Assembly: GCA_963813535.1 (NCBI GenBank) | Contig: CAWEZH010000003.1 | Location: 608,001-672,000, forward strand | DNA from: an uncultured Chloroflexia bacterium | GTDB lineage: Bacteria; Chloroflexota; Limnocylindria; Limnocylindrales; CSP1-4 | Direction of reading: 5' to 3' | Length of the DNA stretch: 64,000 bases | Part shown: positions 48,544 through 57,828 of the stretch, piece after piece | Numbering within the stretch: position 1 is the first letter of the stretch | Layout: every line of letters begins with the position of its first letter | Program-made: the position numbers and the translations under genes | The notes under the pieces: model-generated | What the model saw: only the letters and a program-made list of their open reading frames with translations | The model's database searches: none | Told to the model about the DNA's origin: nothing

Positions 48544-49677
48544 TCAGGTGGTGGACGGCGTCGGGGCCGTGTCAAGGCCGCCGAGCAACTCGCCCCAGTG
48601 GCCGCGGCGCATCACGAGCAGAAGCACCCACCCGACCGGGATCGGGACGAACCACTGGGCGATCCGGAACAGCATCACCGCGGCAGTGAGCTGCTCGGTC
48701 AACCCCGATCCGGCCACGCTTGACAGGATGCCGATGTAGGCGAATTCGGTGACGCCCACGCCGCCCGGCGTGATGGGCACCAGCGACACCATCCCGACGA
48801 CCGCCATCGCTGCCAGCACGGCCGACGGCGGGAGCACATCTGGGCCGACCCCAACGCACCAGAGGGCGACCACGAGCACGACGAACCAGGCGAGTTTGGC
48901 GGCCACGGCTGCGGCGAACCCACGCAGGCCGTGCTGCGTGAGGATGGCCTTCGAGCGCTCTCGAAGGTCAAGGATGCCCTCGACGATGCCCGTTGGCGGC
49001 GTCTTCCGGAAGAGCTTCCAGATGCGCTGGGCCATCCGGTCGAGCCAACCGCCCAGCTTCCGGGCTAGGCTCTCCGAGCGCACGATGGAGGACAGCAGGA
49101 CCGCCGCGGCGACGAGCACGATGAGGCCGATCAGCGCGAGCAGGAACGCACGCGTCTCGGCCGGGTGACCGGTGACGAGCAAACCGCCCGTGGCGATCAG
49201 CGGCAGGGCAAAGTAGGAGAACGTCTCGAAGAGGGCCGCGAGGACGATCCCGGCGCTCGCGATAGGGGTGGGGATCGACCACTGGCGGTACAGGAGGAGC
49301 CGCGTGGCGATGTCGGTCGGCCCGGGCACGGTGCTGACAACCGCGCGCGCAGCTAGGTCCGATCCGACCGCGTGCGGCCAGGACAGCCCGGGCACGAGGA
49401 CCCGGGTGGGGCCGGCGTTGGCGACGTAGGCGACCGCGCTGGCAGCGCCGAGAAGCGCGATCTGCCCGGGGGTCAGCGCCGCGAGCGCGGCCCGAACCAT
49501 GTCGTAGTCAATCAGGCGTGGCAGCACGACCCCGAACACGAACAGGAAGACCCCGACGAGCACGAGCACGCGCCCCGCCATCGCCCGACGGCTCGGGGCT
49601 GGCTGGGTGGCCGCTCCGCCGGGCGTGCTCGCGCTCGTCTCGGCGGATCCAGCGTGCGGCATGGCGTGAATAACCAT
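48544..49677 (-). CDS. Lysylphosphatidylglycerol synthase TM / flippase-like (UPF0104) protein
   Basis: Multiple TM, 'PITPGGVGVTE', 'LFRIAQW'. Confidence 0.85.
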   Translation of the reverse strand: MVIHAMPHAGSAETSASTPGGAATQPAPSRRAMAGRVLVLVGVFLFVFGVVLPRLIDYDMVRAALAALTPGQIALLGAASAVAYVANAGPTRVLVPGLSWPHAVGSDLAARAVVSTVPGPTDIATRLLLYRQWSIPTPIASAGIVLAALFETFSYFALPLIATGGLLVTGHPAETRAFLLALIGLIVLVAAAVLLSSIVRSESLARKLGGWLDRMAQRIWKLFRKTPPTGIVEGILDLRERSKAILTQHGLRGFAAAVAAKLAWFVVLVVALWCVGVGPDVLPPSAVLAAMAVVGMVSLVPITPGGVGVTEFAYIGILSSVAGSGLTEQLTAAVMLFRIAQWFVPIPVGWVLLLVMRRGHWGELLGGLDTAPTPSTT

Positions 49678-49749
49678 AGCGCGCGCAGATCTGCCCGCCC
49701 TCGTGGCACATCGGCGCCGGTCGGTGGATCGTGCTCGGACTCTTCAGCT

Positions 49750-50625
49750 CTAGAACGAGGCCAGGAACCCGTCGACCACGGCCGCGGTCTCGGCCGGCTG
49801 CTCGAGTTGTGGAAGATCCCCGGCGTGCGCGATCGTGATCCGTTCCAGATGGCCATTCGCCGTGACCAGCGCCTCCGCGGCCGCGGGGTCGGTAAAGCGG
49901 GGATGGTCCCCGAAGACGAGGAGCGTCGGGTTCGCCAGCCGCTTGTAGGCGCCCTCCGCCCGGGGGTCATCGAGCAACCCGGAGACGAACGCCAGCGGAG
50001 CTCGAAAGGCGCCTGGCTGCTGGCAGGTCCGCCAGCAATACCGCTCGTACTCCCGCGGGACCTGTTCCGGATCCGCAAAGATCTGCCGGAGGAACCAGCG
50101 GATGACCTGGCGCCGAGCAAGCACCTCGAACAGCAAGCGACCGATCCCCGTCAGGCGAAGGAACCGGTAGATGATCCGGGAGATTCTGCCGGCACTGCCC
50201 TTGAATCGGCCGAATCCGGTCGGACTGATGAGGACGATCCGGCCGAAGCGCTGCGGATCCTCCGCGGCGGAGGCCGCGACATACTGCCCCGGCAGCGAGA
50301 GCGCGACGACATCCATGGAGATCTCGCCCGGCTGCAGGGCGGCCGACCGGATGGCCTCGAGTTGGTCGCCGTAGAGTGCCCACCCATAGGGCGCATCGGG
50401 CCGATCCGATGTGCCGAATCCCAGCCAGTCGACCAGCACGACTCGTCGGTGCTCGGCCAGCCGTGACGCCAGCGGAGCGAGCTCGATCCCGGAACCGGCT
50501 GCGTTGAAGCTGTGCAGGAGCAGGACCGTCCGACCCTCGCCCAGCCGGTAGGCGGCAACCCGCCCGGCGGCAGTCTCCAGATCAAACGGGACCCCCGCTA
50601 CGGGCGAGGGCAAGGTGATCATCAC
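49750..50625 (-). CDS. Alpha/beta hydrolase fold protein (catalytic His position appears to be Asp)
   Basis: 'LLHSFNA', 'DWLGFGTSDRP', 'VALSLPG', 'AGDLPQLEQP'. Confidence 0.85.
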   Translation of the reverse strand: MMITLPSPVAGVPFDLETAAGRVAAYRLGEGRTVLLLHSFNAAGSGIELAPLASRLAEHRRVVLVDWLGFGTSDRPDAPYGWALYGDQLEAIRSAALQPGEISMDVVALSLPGQYVAASAAEDPQRFGRIVLISPTGFGRFKGSAGRISRIIYRFLRLTGIGRLLFEVLARRQVIRWFLRQIFADPEQVPREYERYCWRTCQQPGAFRAPLAFVSGLLDDPRAEGAYKRLANPTLLVFGDHPRFTDPAAAEALVTANGHLERITIAHAGDLPQLEQPAETAAVVDGFLASF

Positions 50626-51473
50626 GCCCGTGCCCTAAGCGCTTCGATCAGCTCGCCAAGCCCTCGCGGATCCGCGACCCAGCCGTCCGCACCGAGATCG
50701 AGTGCCACTCGTTCGTCCGGAACCGCGTTTCCGCCTACCAGGCGCGGAACCGACGGCCGTTCACGACGCGCGGCGGCCAGGAGGCGTCCGGCTGCGGGAC
50801 GACGCTCGATATCGACCACACTCACGACGACCGCTGCGAGAGGTCCCGCATCTCGCATCGCAGCGGCGAGTGACACGGTCGGCGTGTCGGGGCCCAGGTT
50901 GAGTACTTCATATCCGGCATCGGTCAGGATGTCGGCGAGCATCGCGACCCCCAGCCCATGACGCTCTCCGGGCGGCATCGCGACGATGACGACGCCTTTC
51001 TTGCGGCCTGGGTGCACGAACCGAGGGCCGAGACGTCCGATCAGCGTCGTGGCCACACTGCTCGCGAGATGCTCTTGGTCGACGGAGATGCCATCCGATG
51101 CCCACAGCGCCCCGATGGCGTGCAGCGACGGCGCGAGGACGCGGACGTAGATCTCGCCTGGCTCGAGGCCCGAGGCCATTGCAGCCTCGACGACCTGCCA
51201 GCTACCGGCGACGTCGCCGCTGAGCATCCGCGCCCGCAGCCGCTCCTGCCAGGTCGATACCCGGGGGTGGCTACCCCCGCGGCGGCGGCGACCACGGGCG
51301 GGCGTTGTCGTGGCGCCCGCGAGATCGGCAGGGTCGACCATCCACGTACCGCCGATCTTCCGGGCCGGCAGGATGCCCAGCCGGACGCGACGGTAGATCG
51401 TCATGTAGTGGACGCCCAGACGATCGGCCGCCTCGAGCAGGCTGAGATGGCCGGAAGGGTCCGACGGGGTCAA
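50622..51473 (-). CDS. CarH/LitR-like B12-binding photoreceptor regulator with HTH_17 DNA-binding domain
   Basis: HTH 'EAADRLGVHYMTIYRRVRLG', W-x9-EH ('WASDGISVDQEH'), B12 motif 'ERHGLG', 'LGPDTP'; TTG start overlaps the heliorhodopsin TGA. Confidence 0.88.
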   Translation of the reverse strand: MTPSDPSGHLSLLEAADRLGVHYMTIYRRVRLGILPARKIGGTWMVDPADLAGATTTPARGRRRRGGSHPRVSTWQERLRARMLSGDVAGSWQVVEAAMASGLEPGEIYVRVLAPSLHAIGALWASDGISVDQEHLASSVATTLIGRLGPRFVHPGRKKGVVIVAMPPGERHGLGVAMLADILTDAGYEVLNLGPDTPTVSLAAAMRDAGPLAAVVVSVVDIERRPAAGRLLAAARRERPSVPRLVGGNAVPDERVALDLGADGWVADPRGLGELIEALRARA

Positions 51474-51787
51474 CGCGCCAGATTCCCCGCGAACACCTGC
51501 CATGCGAGGGTCGACTTCGCGATCAAGCTGAGCATGAAGGAGGCCCTCTCGCCGAAGACGTTCGACTTCCACCGACCGACCCGCCGGTACTGGAGCCACA
51601 GGTTAAGCGCGAAGATGTCGAACGTCGCCGTCACCGGCAGCGCGTGAAGGCGGTGGCGAGGGCGAGGAAGGCGACCCCCTGACGGCATGGACAAGGCCGA
51701 GCCCGATATCGCAGTGCCGCAATGACGCGGCCCGAGACGCAGGGAGTTCGACCGTCGGCGTGGAATGAGTCGGTCGCTGGCGATCAC
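51470..51787 (-). pseudogene. heR: Heliorhodopsin remnant (helix A fused to helices F-G; internal deletion and frameshifts)
   Basis: C-terminus 'FALNLWLQYRRVGRW..FGERASFMLSLIAKSTLAWQVFAG' with retinal Lys (51517-51515); helix A 'LRHCDIGLGLVHA/QGVAFLALATAF/ALPVTATF' spread over three frames. Confidence 0.85.
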
Positions 51788-51866
51788 GAGGGAGTCCTGT
51801 ATGGGACGAGGGTGGGGCCTGCAGGAGGCAGGCCACACCCTCGAGTGGGAGCGATGGTACTGAGGA

Positions 51867-52448
51867 TCAGTCGGTCGGCGGCAAGATGACCTTGTCGATG
51901 ACGTGGATGACGCCATTCGACGCCATCACGTCGGGAGTCACGACCTTCGCACTGTCGTTCAGATAGACGACGCCGTCTTTGACGGCGATAGCGATCGGCG
52001 AGCCCTCGACCGAATCGGCTGAGGTGAGCCCGACGATCTGATCGGATGACACGGCCCCCGAGACGACGTGGTACAGCAGCACCTGCTTAAGCGCCTCCTT
52101 GTCGGCGAGCAGCCCCTCGAGCGTGCCGGCTGGGAGTGCCGCAAAGGCCTCGTCAGTGGGCGCAAGCACGGTGTAGGGACCCTCGCCCTGGAGCGTCTCC
52201 ACGAGCCCGGCGGCCTTGACGGCGGTCAGGAGGGTGGAAAAGGAGCCCGCCTCGGTGGCAGTCTGGACGATGTCCTTGGCCATGGTGGCTGCCGAAGCCG
52301 AAGGCGCGGCGCTTGGGGATGCGGCGGACGTGGCTGCCGGGCTCGGCGTCGACGCGTCGGTGGTCGACGCGCTCGGCGATGCAGCGGCGGAGCAGCCCGC
52401 GATCGCGATCGCGAGCGCTGGCACGAGGAGGGTGATGGATCGTTTCAT
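51867..52448 (-). CDS. Fasciclin (FAS1) domain lipoprotein
   Basis: 'IAGC' lipobox, '[11 protein letters not shown]', 'LLYHVV', '[11 protein letters not shown]'. Confidence 0.93.
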   Translation of the reverse strand: MKRSITLLVPALAIAIAGCSAAASPSASTTDASTPSPAATSAASPSAAPSASAATMAKDIVQTATEAGSFSTLLTAVKAAGLVETLQGEGPYTVLAPTDEAFAALPAGTLEGLLADKEALKQVLLYHVVSGAVSSDQIVGLTSADSVEGSPIAIAVKDGVVYLNDSAKVVTPDVMASNGVIHVIDKVILPPTD

Positions 52449-52516
52449 GACTGATGACTTCCCTTCGAGCTCTTGGCTTGGGTGTGATGTCGGGTCTGAC
52501 TGACTCGACCTCAGGT

Positions 52517-52545
52517 ATTATTTAGCACTAAATCTGCGTTGTCAA
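52517..52545 (-). promoter_or_regulatory. Sigma70-type promoter with palindromic operator for the fasciclin-heliorhodopsin-CarH operon
   Basis: Minus strand TTGACA-N17-AATAAT; ATTTAG-CA-CTAAAT (52520-52533) lies in the spacer and -10. Confidence 0.65.
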
Positions 52546-52784
52546 GCAACCAAAGGGGACTGGGCATCCCTTGGGCCCTCCCCACGCTCGAGCGCGCGTA
52601 GGGCTTGGTTTCACGGGCGGGCCCGCCCACACGAGCCCGTCGCACCGTGAACCGCAGACCTCAGACGGCCGACCCGGGCCGGGTTTCCGTCGGGCCTCCC
52701 AAAGGCGCAGTGATCGCGGTGGGCCGTAGCCGGCCGGGCCGGCCGCCTAGGGTTTCGAGCCCGATGATGCGAACGAAGTCGGCA

Positions 52785-53168
52785 TTACGGCGCGACGTGA
52801 TCGGCCTCGTCGGCGTCAGCCTCGGCCTTCGTTCGGTGGATCGTGTCCGGTGCGTGCTCAGGCGGCGCGTACATCGTGTACAGGCGGAGGTCGCTCGACC
52901 CCGTGTTCACGAAGTTGTGGCGCGTCCCGGCCGGAACGTGGACAAGGCGGTCGGGTCCTACGGGACTCTGCTCGTCATCGAGGATCGCGACACCCTCGCC
53001 CTGAACGAACGCCAGGACCTGGTCCGTGTGATCGTGGATCTCCTCCCCGATCTCGCCTCCCGACGGGATGCACATGACGACGACCTGGGCGTTCGGCCCG
53101 GTCGAGAGAACCTGCCTGAAGGATGTGTTCGTCTTCGCGGCGGCGACGATATCAACGTTGAACGCCAT
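52785..53168 (-). CDS. Cupin domain protein
   Basis: 'IGEEIHDHTDQ', 'VPAGTRHN', 'YAPPEH'. Confidence 0.9.
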   Translation of the reverse strand: MAFNVDIVAAAKTNTSFRQVLSTGPNAQVVVMCIPSGGEIGEEIHDHTDQVLAFVQGEGVAILDDEQSPVGPDRLVHVPAGTRHNFVNTGSSDLRLYTMYAPPEHAPDTIHRTKAEADADEADHVAP

Positions 53169-53449
53169 GCTGCACCTCACGCGACTCACTCCAGCGTCGA
53201 CCGATCGCGAACGTCTCCGATCGCCGACGGATGCCGAGATCGATCATCCGGGGCCCGAGCGGGGGTCTGCCAGAGCCAAACAGACGAAACGTACGGGCCG
53301 GCCGACCCGCCGGCGTCAGGGCGAACTGCGAACCCGTCGAACCCTCGGCGACCCCCTCTCTGACGCATCGGCGAGTCAGACTCGTGGCTCATCTCGATCG
53401 CCGTCAACGAGGCCCGACGGTTATCGCGTCGTCGGCGTCGAGGTCGGGC

Positions 53450-53478
53450 TTGACGCGCCGGCTGACTATACGTATACT
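53450..53478 (+). promoter_or_regulatory. Sigma70-type promoter with TATACGTATA palindrome (candidate EXLDI operator)
   Basis: TTGACG-N17-TATACT; palindrome at 53467-53476. Confidence 0.65.
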
Positions 53479-53521
53479 CATACACATCCAACGCACCCAC
53501 CAAGAGCGATACGATGCAGCC

Positions 53522-54040
53522 GTGCCGAACAAGACCATCTACGTCTCCGAAGGCGACCTCAAGCTCTATCAGCGGGCCCAGGAACTCGCGGGGGGCAACC
53601 TCTCCTCCGCGATCGCTACAGCCCTCCGCCGCTTCGTCGACCTCCAGGAGGGCCTCAAGGAGGGCTTCGACGACGTCGTCGTCCGCGTGGGTGTCGGCGG
53701 CGGGCGTAAGGTCCGGTTCACCGGCGTCCTGGTCGGGGAGTGGCTGGACAGCAGCACGAAGCGCGCCGTGCGTTACCGCGTCTGGCGCGGTCGCACCGGC
53801 AAGTACGTCCTCCACGTGGAACGCGAGCCGGACTTCTGGATGGTCGACGCCGAGGGCAATCCGGCCGGATGGCGCGGCCACCTGGGCATCGGCGACGTCC
53901 GCTATGGCAGCGTCCCCAAGGAGTCGACCATCGAGGTCGTCGCGACCGTCGACGATCTGCTTCTCATGGTCCCGTCTGAGCTCTACGACATGGTCGCGCG
54001 CTCCGCGCGCCTGCCGACCGTGGAGGAGCTCGAAATCTGA
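53522..54040 (+). CDS. EXLDI family protein (RHH-like N-terminus)
   Basis: 'MPNKTIYVS', 'GNLSSAI', C-terminal 'EELEI'; typical position before a drug ABC exporter. Confidence 0.88.
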   Translation: MPNKTIYVSEGDLKLYQRAQELAGGNLSSAIATALRRFVDLQEGLKEGFDDVVVRVGVGGGRKVRFTGVLVGEWLDSSTKRAVRYRVWRGRTGKYVLHVEREPDFWMVDAEGNPAGWRGHLGIGDVRYGSVPKESTIEVVATVDDLLLMVPSELYDMVARSARLPTVEELEI

Positions 54041-54076
54041 GCTGGGGCGCCACCCGGCCAACCCGGGAGGTGCCCG

Positions 54077-55075
54077 ATGATCCCGCAACCGCAGCCCACG
54101 CCCACGCTCGCCATCGAGGCCCGCGGCCTCAAGAAGGCCTACGACAAGCAGGTCGCCCTCGACGGGATCGACCTCGACGTCCCCGCCGGATCGGTGTTCG
54201 CCCTGCTCGGGCCCAACGGTGCCGGCAAGACGACGGCGATCCACGTCCTCGCCACGCTGATCTCGGCCGACGCAGGCGAGGCGCGGGTGGCCGGCTTCGA
54301 CGTCGCCCGCGAGCCCGACAAGGTGCGGCACACGATCGCCCTGACGGGCCAGATCTCCGCGGTCGACGGCCAGTTCACAGGCGAGGAGAACCTGCGCTTG
54401 ATGGCGGATCTCCTCCACCTCGGGCGCGAGGCGGGCAAGCGTCGCGTCGCGGAGCTGCTCCAGCGGTTCGACCTCGTGGCCGACGCGGGCCGGCCGGCAA
54501 TGACCTACTCGGGCGGGATGCGCCGGCGGCTCGACCTCGCGATGACCCTCGTGGGCAACCCGCGAATCATCTTCCTCGACGAGCCGACGACCGGGCTCGA
54601 TCCCCGGAGCCGCCGGGTGATGTGGGACGTGGTCCGAGGGCTGGTCGCCGACGGGGTGACGGTCCTCCTGACGACGCAGTACCTCGAAGAGGCCGACCGG
54701 CTGGCCGACCGGATCGCGCTGCTCGATGGTGGCCGGGTCGTCGCCAGCGGGACGCCGGCCGAGCTCAAGCGGCTCGTGCACGGTGGAAGCGTCCAGCTCG
54801 AGTTCGGCGACGAGGCTGCTTTGGACCGCGCCGCAGCGGTGCTCGGCGACGGGTCGCGCGACGAGCAGGGGCTTTCCCTGGAGGTGCCCAACGACGGCGG
54901 CGTGCGCTCGCTTCGCGCGCTGCTCGACCGGCTCGATGCCGCCTCGATCGAGGTCGACGGCCTGTCCGTCCGGTCGGCCGACCTCGACGACGTGTTCCTG
55001 TCGCTTACCGGGCGGCGCGACGGCGCCGAAGTCCCGGTGGCCCAGACCCTGCCCCCGAAGGAGGTCGCCCGATGA
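54077..55075 (+). CDS. ABC exporter ATP-binding protein (DrrA-like)
   Basis: 'GPNGAGKT', 'YSGGMRRR', 'FLDEPTTGLD', 'TTQYLEEA'. Confidence 0.95.
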   Translation: MIPQPQPTPTLAIEARGLKKAYDKQVALDGIDLDVPAGSVFALLGPNGAGKTTAIHVLATLISADAGEARVAGFDVAREPDKVRHTIALTGQISAVDGQFTGEENLRLMADLLHLGREAGKRRVAELLQRFDLVADAGRPAMTYSGGMRRRLDLAMTLVGNPRIIFLDEPTTGLDPRSRRVMWDVVRGLVADGVTVLLTTQYLEEADRLADRIALLDGGRVVASGTPAELKRLVHGGSVQLEFGDEAALDRAAAVLGDGSRDEQGLSLEVPNDGGVRSLRALLDRLDAASIEVDGLSVRSADLDDVFLSLTGRRDGAEVPVAQTLPPKEVAR

Positions 55076-55869
55076 TCGCCTACCCCGTCATCGACTCCAT
55101 GACGATGCTGCGCCGCAGCGTCCGCCGGATGCGCCGCTACCCGTCGCTGACCTTCTTCATCGCGGTGCTCCCCGTCGTGTTCCTGCTGCTCTTCGTATAT
55201 GTGCTGGGGGGCGCGATGGGGGCGGGGCTCGGGGCGGCGGCGCCTGCTGGCGGGCGGGACGCCTACCTCGCGTACTTGATGCCCGGGATCCTCGTCGCGA
55301 CCGTCGCCGGCGCGGGGACCGGGACGGCGATCTCGGTGGCGATGGACATGACCAACGGGATCATCGCCCGCTTCCGGACGATGGCGATCGCCCGAGCTTC
55401 CGTGCTTACAGGCCACGTGCTGGGCACCGTCATCCAGGTCGTGTTGGCGTCGCTACTCGTTCTCGTGATCGCGGTGGCGATCGGGTTCCGTCCGACGACC
55501 GAGCCCCTCTCCTGGCTTGCCGCGTTCGGGCTGCTCTTGCTCACGACGGTGGCGATCGCGTGGCTCTCGGTCGCGATGGGGCTCGTGACGGACAGCGTCG
55601 AGACGGCGAGCAACCTGCCCCAAGTGTTCCTGCTGCTCCTGTTCCTGAGCTCGGCATTCGTCCCGATCGAGACGCTGCCCGAGCCGCTGCGGACCTTCGT
55701 CCAATACCAGCCCTTCACGCCCATCATCGAGACGGTGCGCGGGCTGCTCTACGGGACGGAGACCGGTACGCATGGCGTGATCGCGGTGGCGTGGTGCGTC
55801 GTGTTCTCTGTCGTCGGGTACCTCTGGGCCACGCGGCTCTACGGGCGCGACTTCCGCGCGCCGGCCTAG
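55072..55869 (+). CDS. ABC-2 type permease (DrrB-like)
   Basis: Six TM, 'GIIARFRTM', 'LSSAFVP', 'QPFTP'. Confidence 0.93.
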   Translation: MIAYPVIDSMTMLRRSVRRMRRYPSLTFFIAVLPVVFLLLFVYVLGGAMGAGLGAAAPAGGRDAYLAYLMPGILVATVAGAGTGTAISVAMDMTNGIIARFRTMAIARASVLTGHVLGTVIQVVLASLLVLVIAVAIGFRPTTEPLSWLAAFGLLLLTTVAIAWLSVAMGLVTDSVETASNLPQVFLLLLFLSSAFVPIETLPEPLRTFVQYQPFTPIIETVRGLLYGTETGTHGVIAVAWCVVFSVVGYLWATRLYGRDFRAPA

Positions 55870-56014
55870 GCCCCGCGTGGAGATCCGAGGCTTGGATGTG
55901 TCCTTCGCATCCCGGCGCCGACACCGTCCCCGGAGTGTCTGGGCGTGATCCGCGCTGTTCGGGCGAGCGATCGATCTGACGCCCGTCTGCGAGCAGCACC
56001 TATACTCGATCGGC

Positions 56015-56089
56015 GCCGACATAGCTCAGCGGTAGAGCAGCTGTTTCGTAAACAGCAGGTCCGCAGTTCGAATCTGCGTGTCGGCTCCA
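56015..56089 (+). tRNA. tRNA-Thr (CGT), CCA encoded
   Basis: GCCGACA acceptor stem, D arm GCTCAGCGGTAGAGC, anticodon stem GCTGT/ACAGC with loop TTCGTAA, T arm CGCAG-TTCGAAT-CTGCG, ending TCCA. Confidence 0.97.
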
Positions 56090-56289
56090 GCCTTTCTCTC
56101 GTTCAGAATCGCCCGGTCCGGATGCGAATCTCGTCGCGTGCGTCTACCACAATGCTGAAGGCCTGCTAACTGATCGAATCTGGGGCACTCGCAGCCTGTC
56201 GTGCGGAGCACGCCGAGCGTGGCCAACGCGCCGACGATCCAACACCGTGGCTTCCTAGGCCTGCTGTCTTTGACACAGCTGGTCCTCGC

Positions 56290-56880
56290 TTAAACCGCAC
56301 CGATGCCACCATCAGCTGCGGGCGTCGCGAGTAGGGCCAGGGCGTTCTGGACTCCCTGCTCGAGGATCTCATCGGCAAGTGTTTGGTCGGCCAGGGCACG
56401 GGAGACCTGGAGCGTCCCAACCAACAAGGCGAAGACGCCGAGCGTCCTCACGCGCGCTGACTGGGGATCGTCCGGTGCCAATCGGGCGGCAACGTCATCG
56501 ATGATCGCCAGCTGCCCATCGGTGTAGGCGCGCTTCACGGCGTCGGACGACCGCGCTATCTCGTCGAGGAGCGCGGCCGATGGACAGCCGCCTTGCCTGT
56601 CGTCGCGGTGCTCAACGGACACGTACTCGCGAACGATCTCCTCGGGCGATTGGGCGCTGTACCGCTCGCGCTGCTCGCGGAGCTGATCTGCGACCGTGCT
56701 CGCGACGAGGTCCTCCTTCGAGTCGAAGTGGGCGTAAAAGGCGCCGTTGGTCAGGCCGGCGTCGGCCATGAGCGTCGCCACGCCGGAGCCATCGATCCCG
56801 TCCCGCTTGAGCCGACGGCCGGCCGCCTCGATGATCCGCCGCCGTGTCGCCTGCTTGTGCTCTTTCCCGTATCGGGCCAT
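56290..56880 (-). CDS. TetR/AcrR family regulator
   Basis: 'LMADAGLTNGAFYAHFDSKEDL', 'GCP'. Confidence 0.93.
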   Translation of the reverse strand: MARYGKEHKQATRRRIIEAAGRRLKRDGIDGSGVATLMADAGLTNGAFYAHFDSKEDLVASTVADQLREQRERYSAQSPEEIVREYVSVEHRDDRQGGCPSAALLDEIARSSDAVKRAYTDGQLAIIDDVAARLAPDDPQSARVRTLGVFALLVGTLQVSRALADQTLADEILEQGVQNALALLATPAADGGIGAV

Positions 56881-56906
56881 GCACGACTCCTTGTCGAAGT
56901 TCCTTC

Positions 56907-56940
56907 TTGACATTCATTCTATGTCGTCCGTAATATTACG
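56907..56940 (+). promoter_or_regulatory. Promoter/operator of the SDR-hydrolase unit
   Basis: TTGACA (56907-56912) and perfect palindrome CGTAATATTACG (56929-56940). Confidence 0.6.
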
Positions 56941-56972
56941 ACCATCAGCCAATAGGAGCAAGGGAGTCCACG

Positions 56973-57788
56973 ATGACAACAGCCAAGCCGGTCGCGCTCG
57001 TGACGGGCGCGTCCTCGGGCATTGGGAGGGCCGCCGCGGCCGCCCTCGCCGCGGCCGGTTTCGAGGTGGTCGGCACGAGCCGGAAAGCGTCTGGCATCGC
57101 CCCGCTCGCCGGCGTCAGGTTCCTCGACCTCGATATCACGAGCGACGAGTCGGTCAGCACGGCAGTCGGGCGCGTGATCAAGCAGTTCGGGCGGCTCGAC
57201 GTCCTGGTCAATAACGCGGGCACCGGCGCAGCCGGGGCCGCCGAGGAGAGCTCGGTCGCCCAAGATCAGCGCGTCTTCGACATCAACTTCTTCGGCCTCG
57301 TCCGGGTGACGAAGGCGGTCCTCCCGCACATGCGCGCCGCGGGAACGGGTCGGATCATCAACATCTCATCGGTCCTCGGACTCGTCCCTGCGCCGTACAT
57401 GGCCAGTTACGCCGCGACGAAGCACGCGATCGAGGGCTACTCAGAGTCGGTCGACCATGAGGTTCGAGAGCACGGCATCCGAGTGCTCCTCATCGAGCCT
57501 GCCTGGACCAAGACGGGCCTCGACGCGAACTCCATCCAGCCCGACGCTCCCCTCCCGATCTACGCACAGCAGCGGCGCACCTTCGATGGCGTGATCGCGC
57601 GTGCCATGACAGACGGCGATGACCCGTCCATCGTCGCCAACGCGATCGTCGCGGCAGCCACCGATCGGAAGCCGAAGCTGCGCTACACCGCCGGCTCCCT
57701 GTCCGGACGCGTCAGCGCCGCGCGCCGCTTCGCTCCCAGCCGGGTCTTCGACCGGCAGATCCGGAAGCTCAACCGCCTGCCCGCCTGA
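56973..57788 (+). CDS. SDR oxidoreductase
   Basis: 'TGASSGIG', 'NNAG', 'YAATK'. Confidence 0.93.
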   Translation: MTTAKPVALVTGASSGIGRAAAAALAAAGFEVVGTSRKASGIAPLAGVRFLDLDITSDESVSTAVGRVIKQFGRLDVLVNNAGTGAAGAAEESSVAQDQRVFDINFFGLVRVTKAVLPHMRAAGTGRIINISSVLGLVPAPYMASYAATKHAIEGYSESVDHEVREHGIRVLLIEPAWTKTGLDANSIQPDAPLPIYAQQRRTFDGVIARAMTDGDDPSIVANAIVAAATDRKPKLRYTAGSLSGRVSAARRFAPSRVFDRQIRKLNRLPA

Positions 57789-57828
57789 GGCTTGAACCCT
57801 CACTTAGCCCCACACAAGGAGAACCGTC

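Noticed and set aside
52550-52784. Cobalamin riboswitch or structured RNA upstream of the B12-related operon
   Set aside because: No B12-box or GGGAA/GCCCCCGC core is visible; the short GC palindromes are expected at this GC content.
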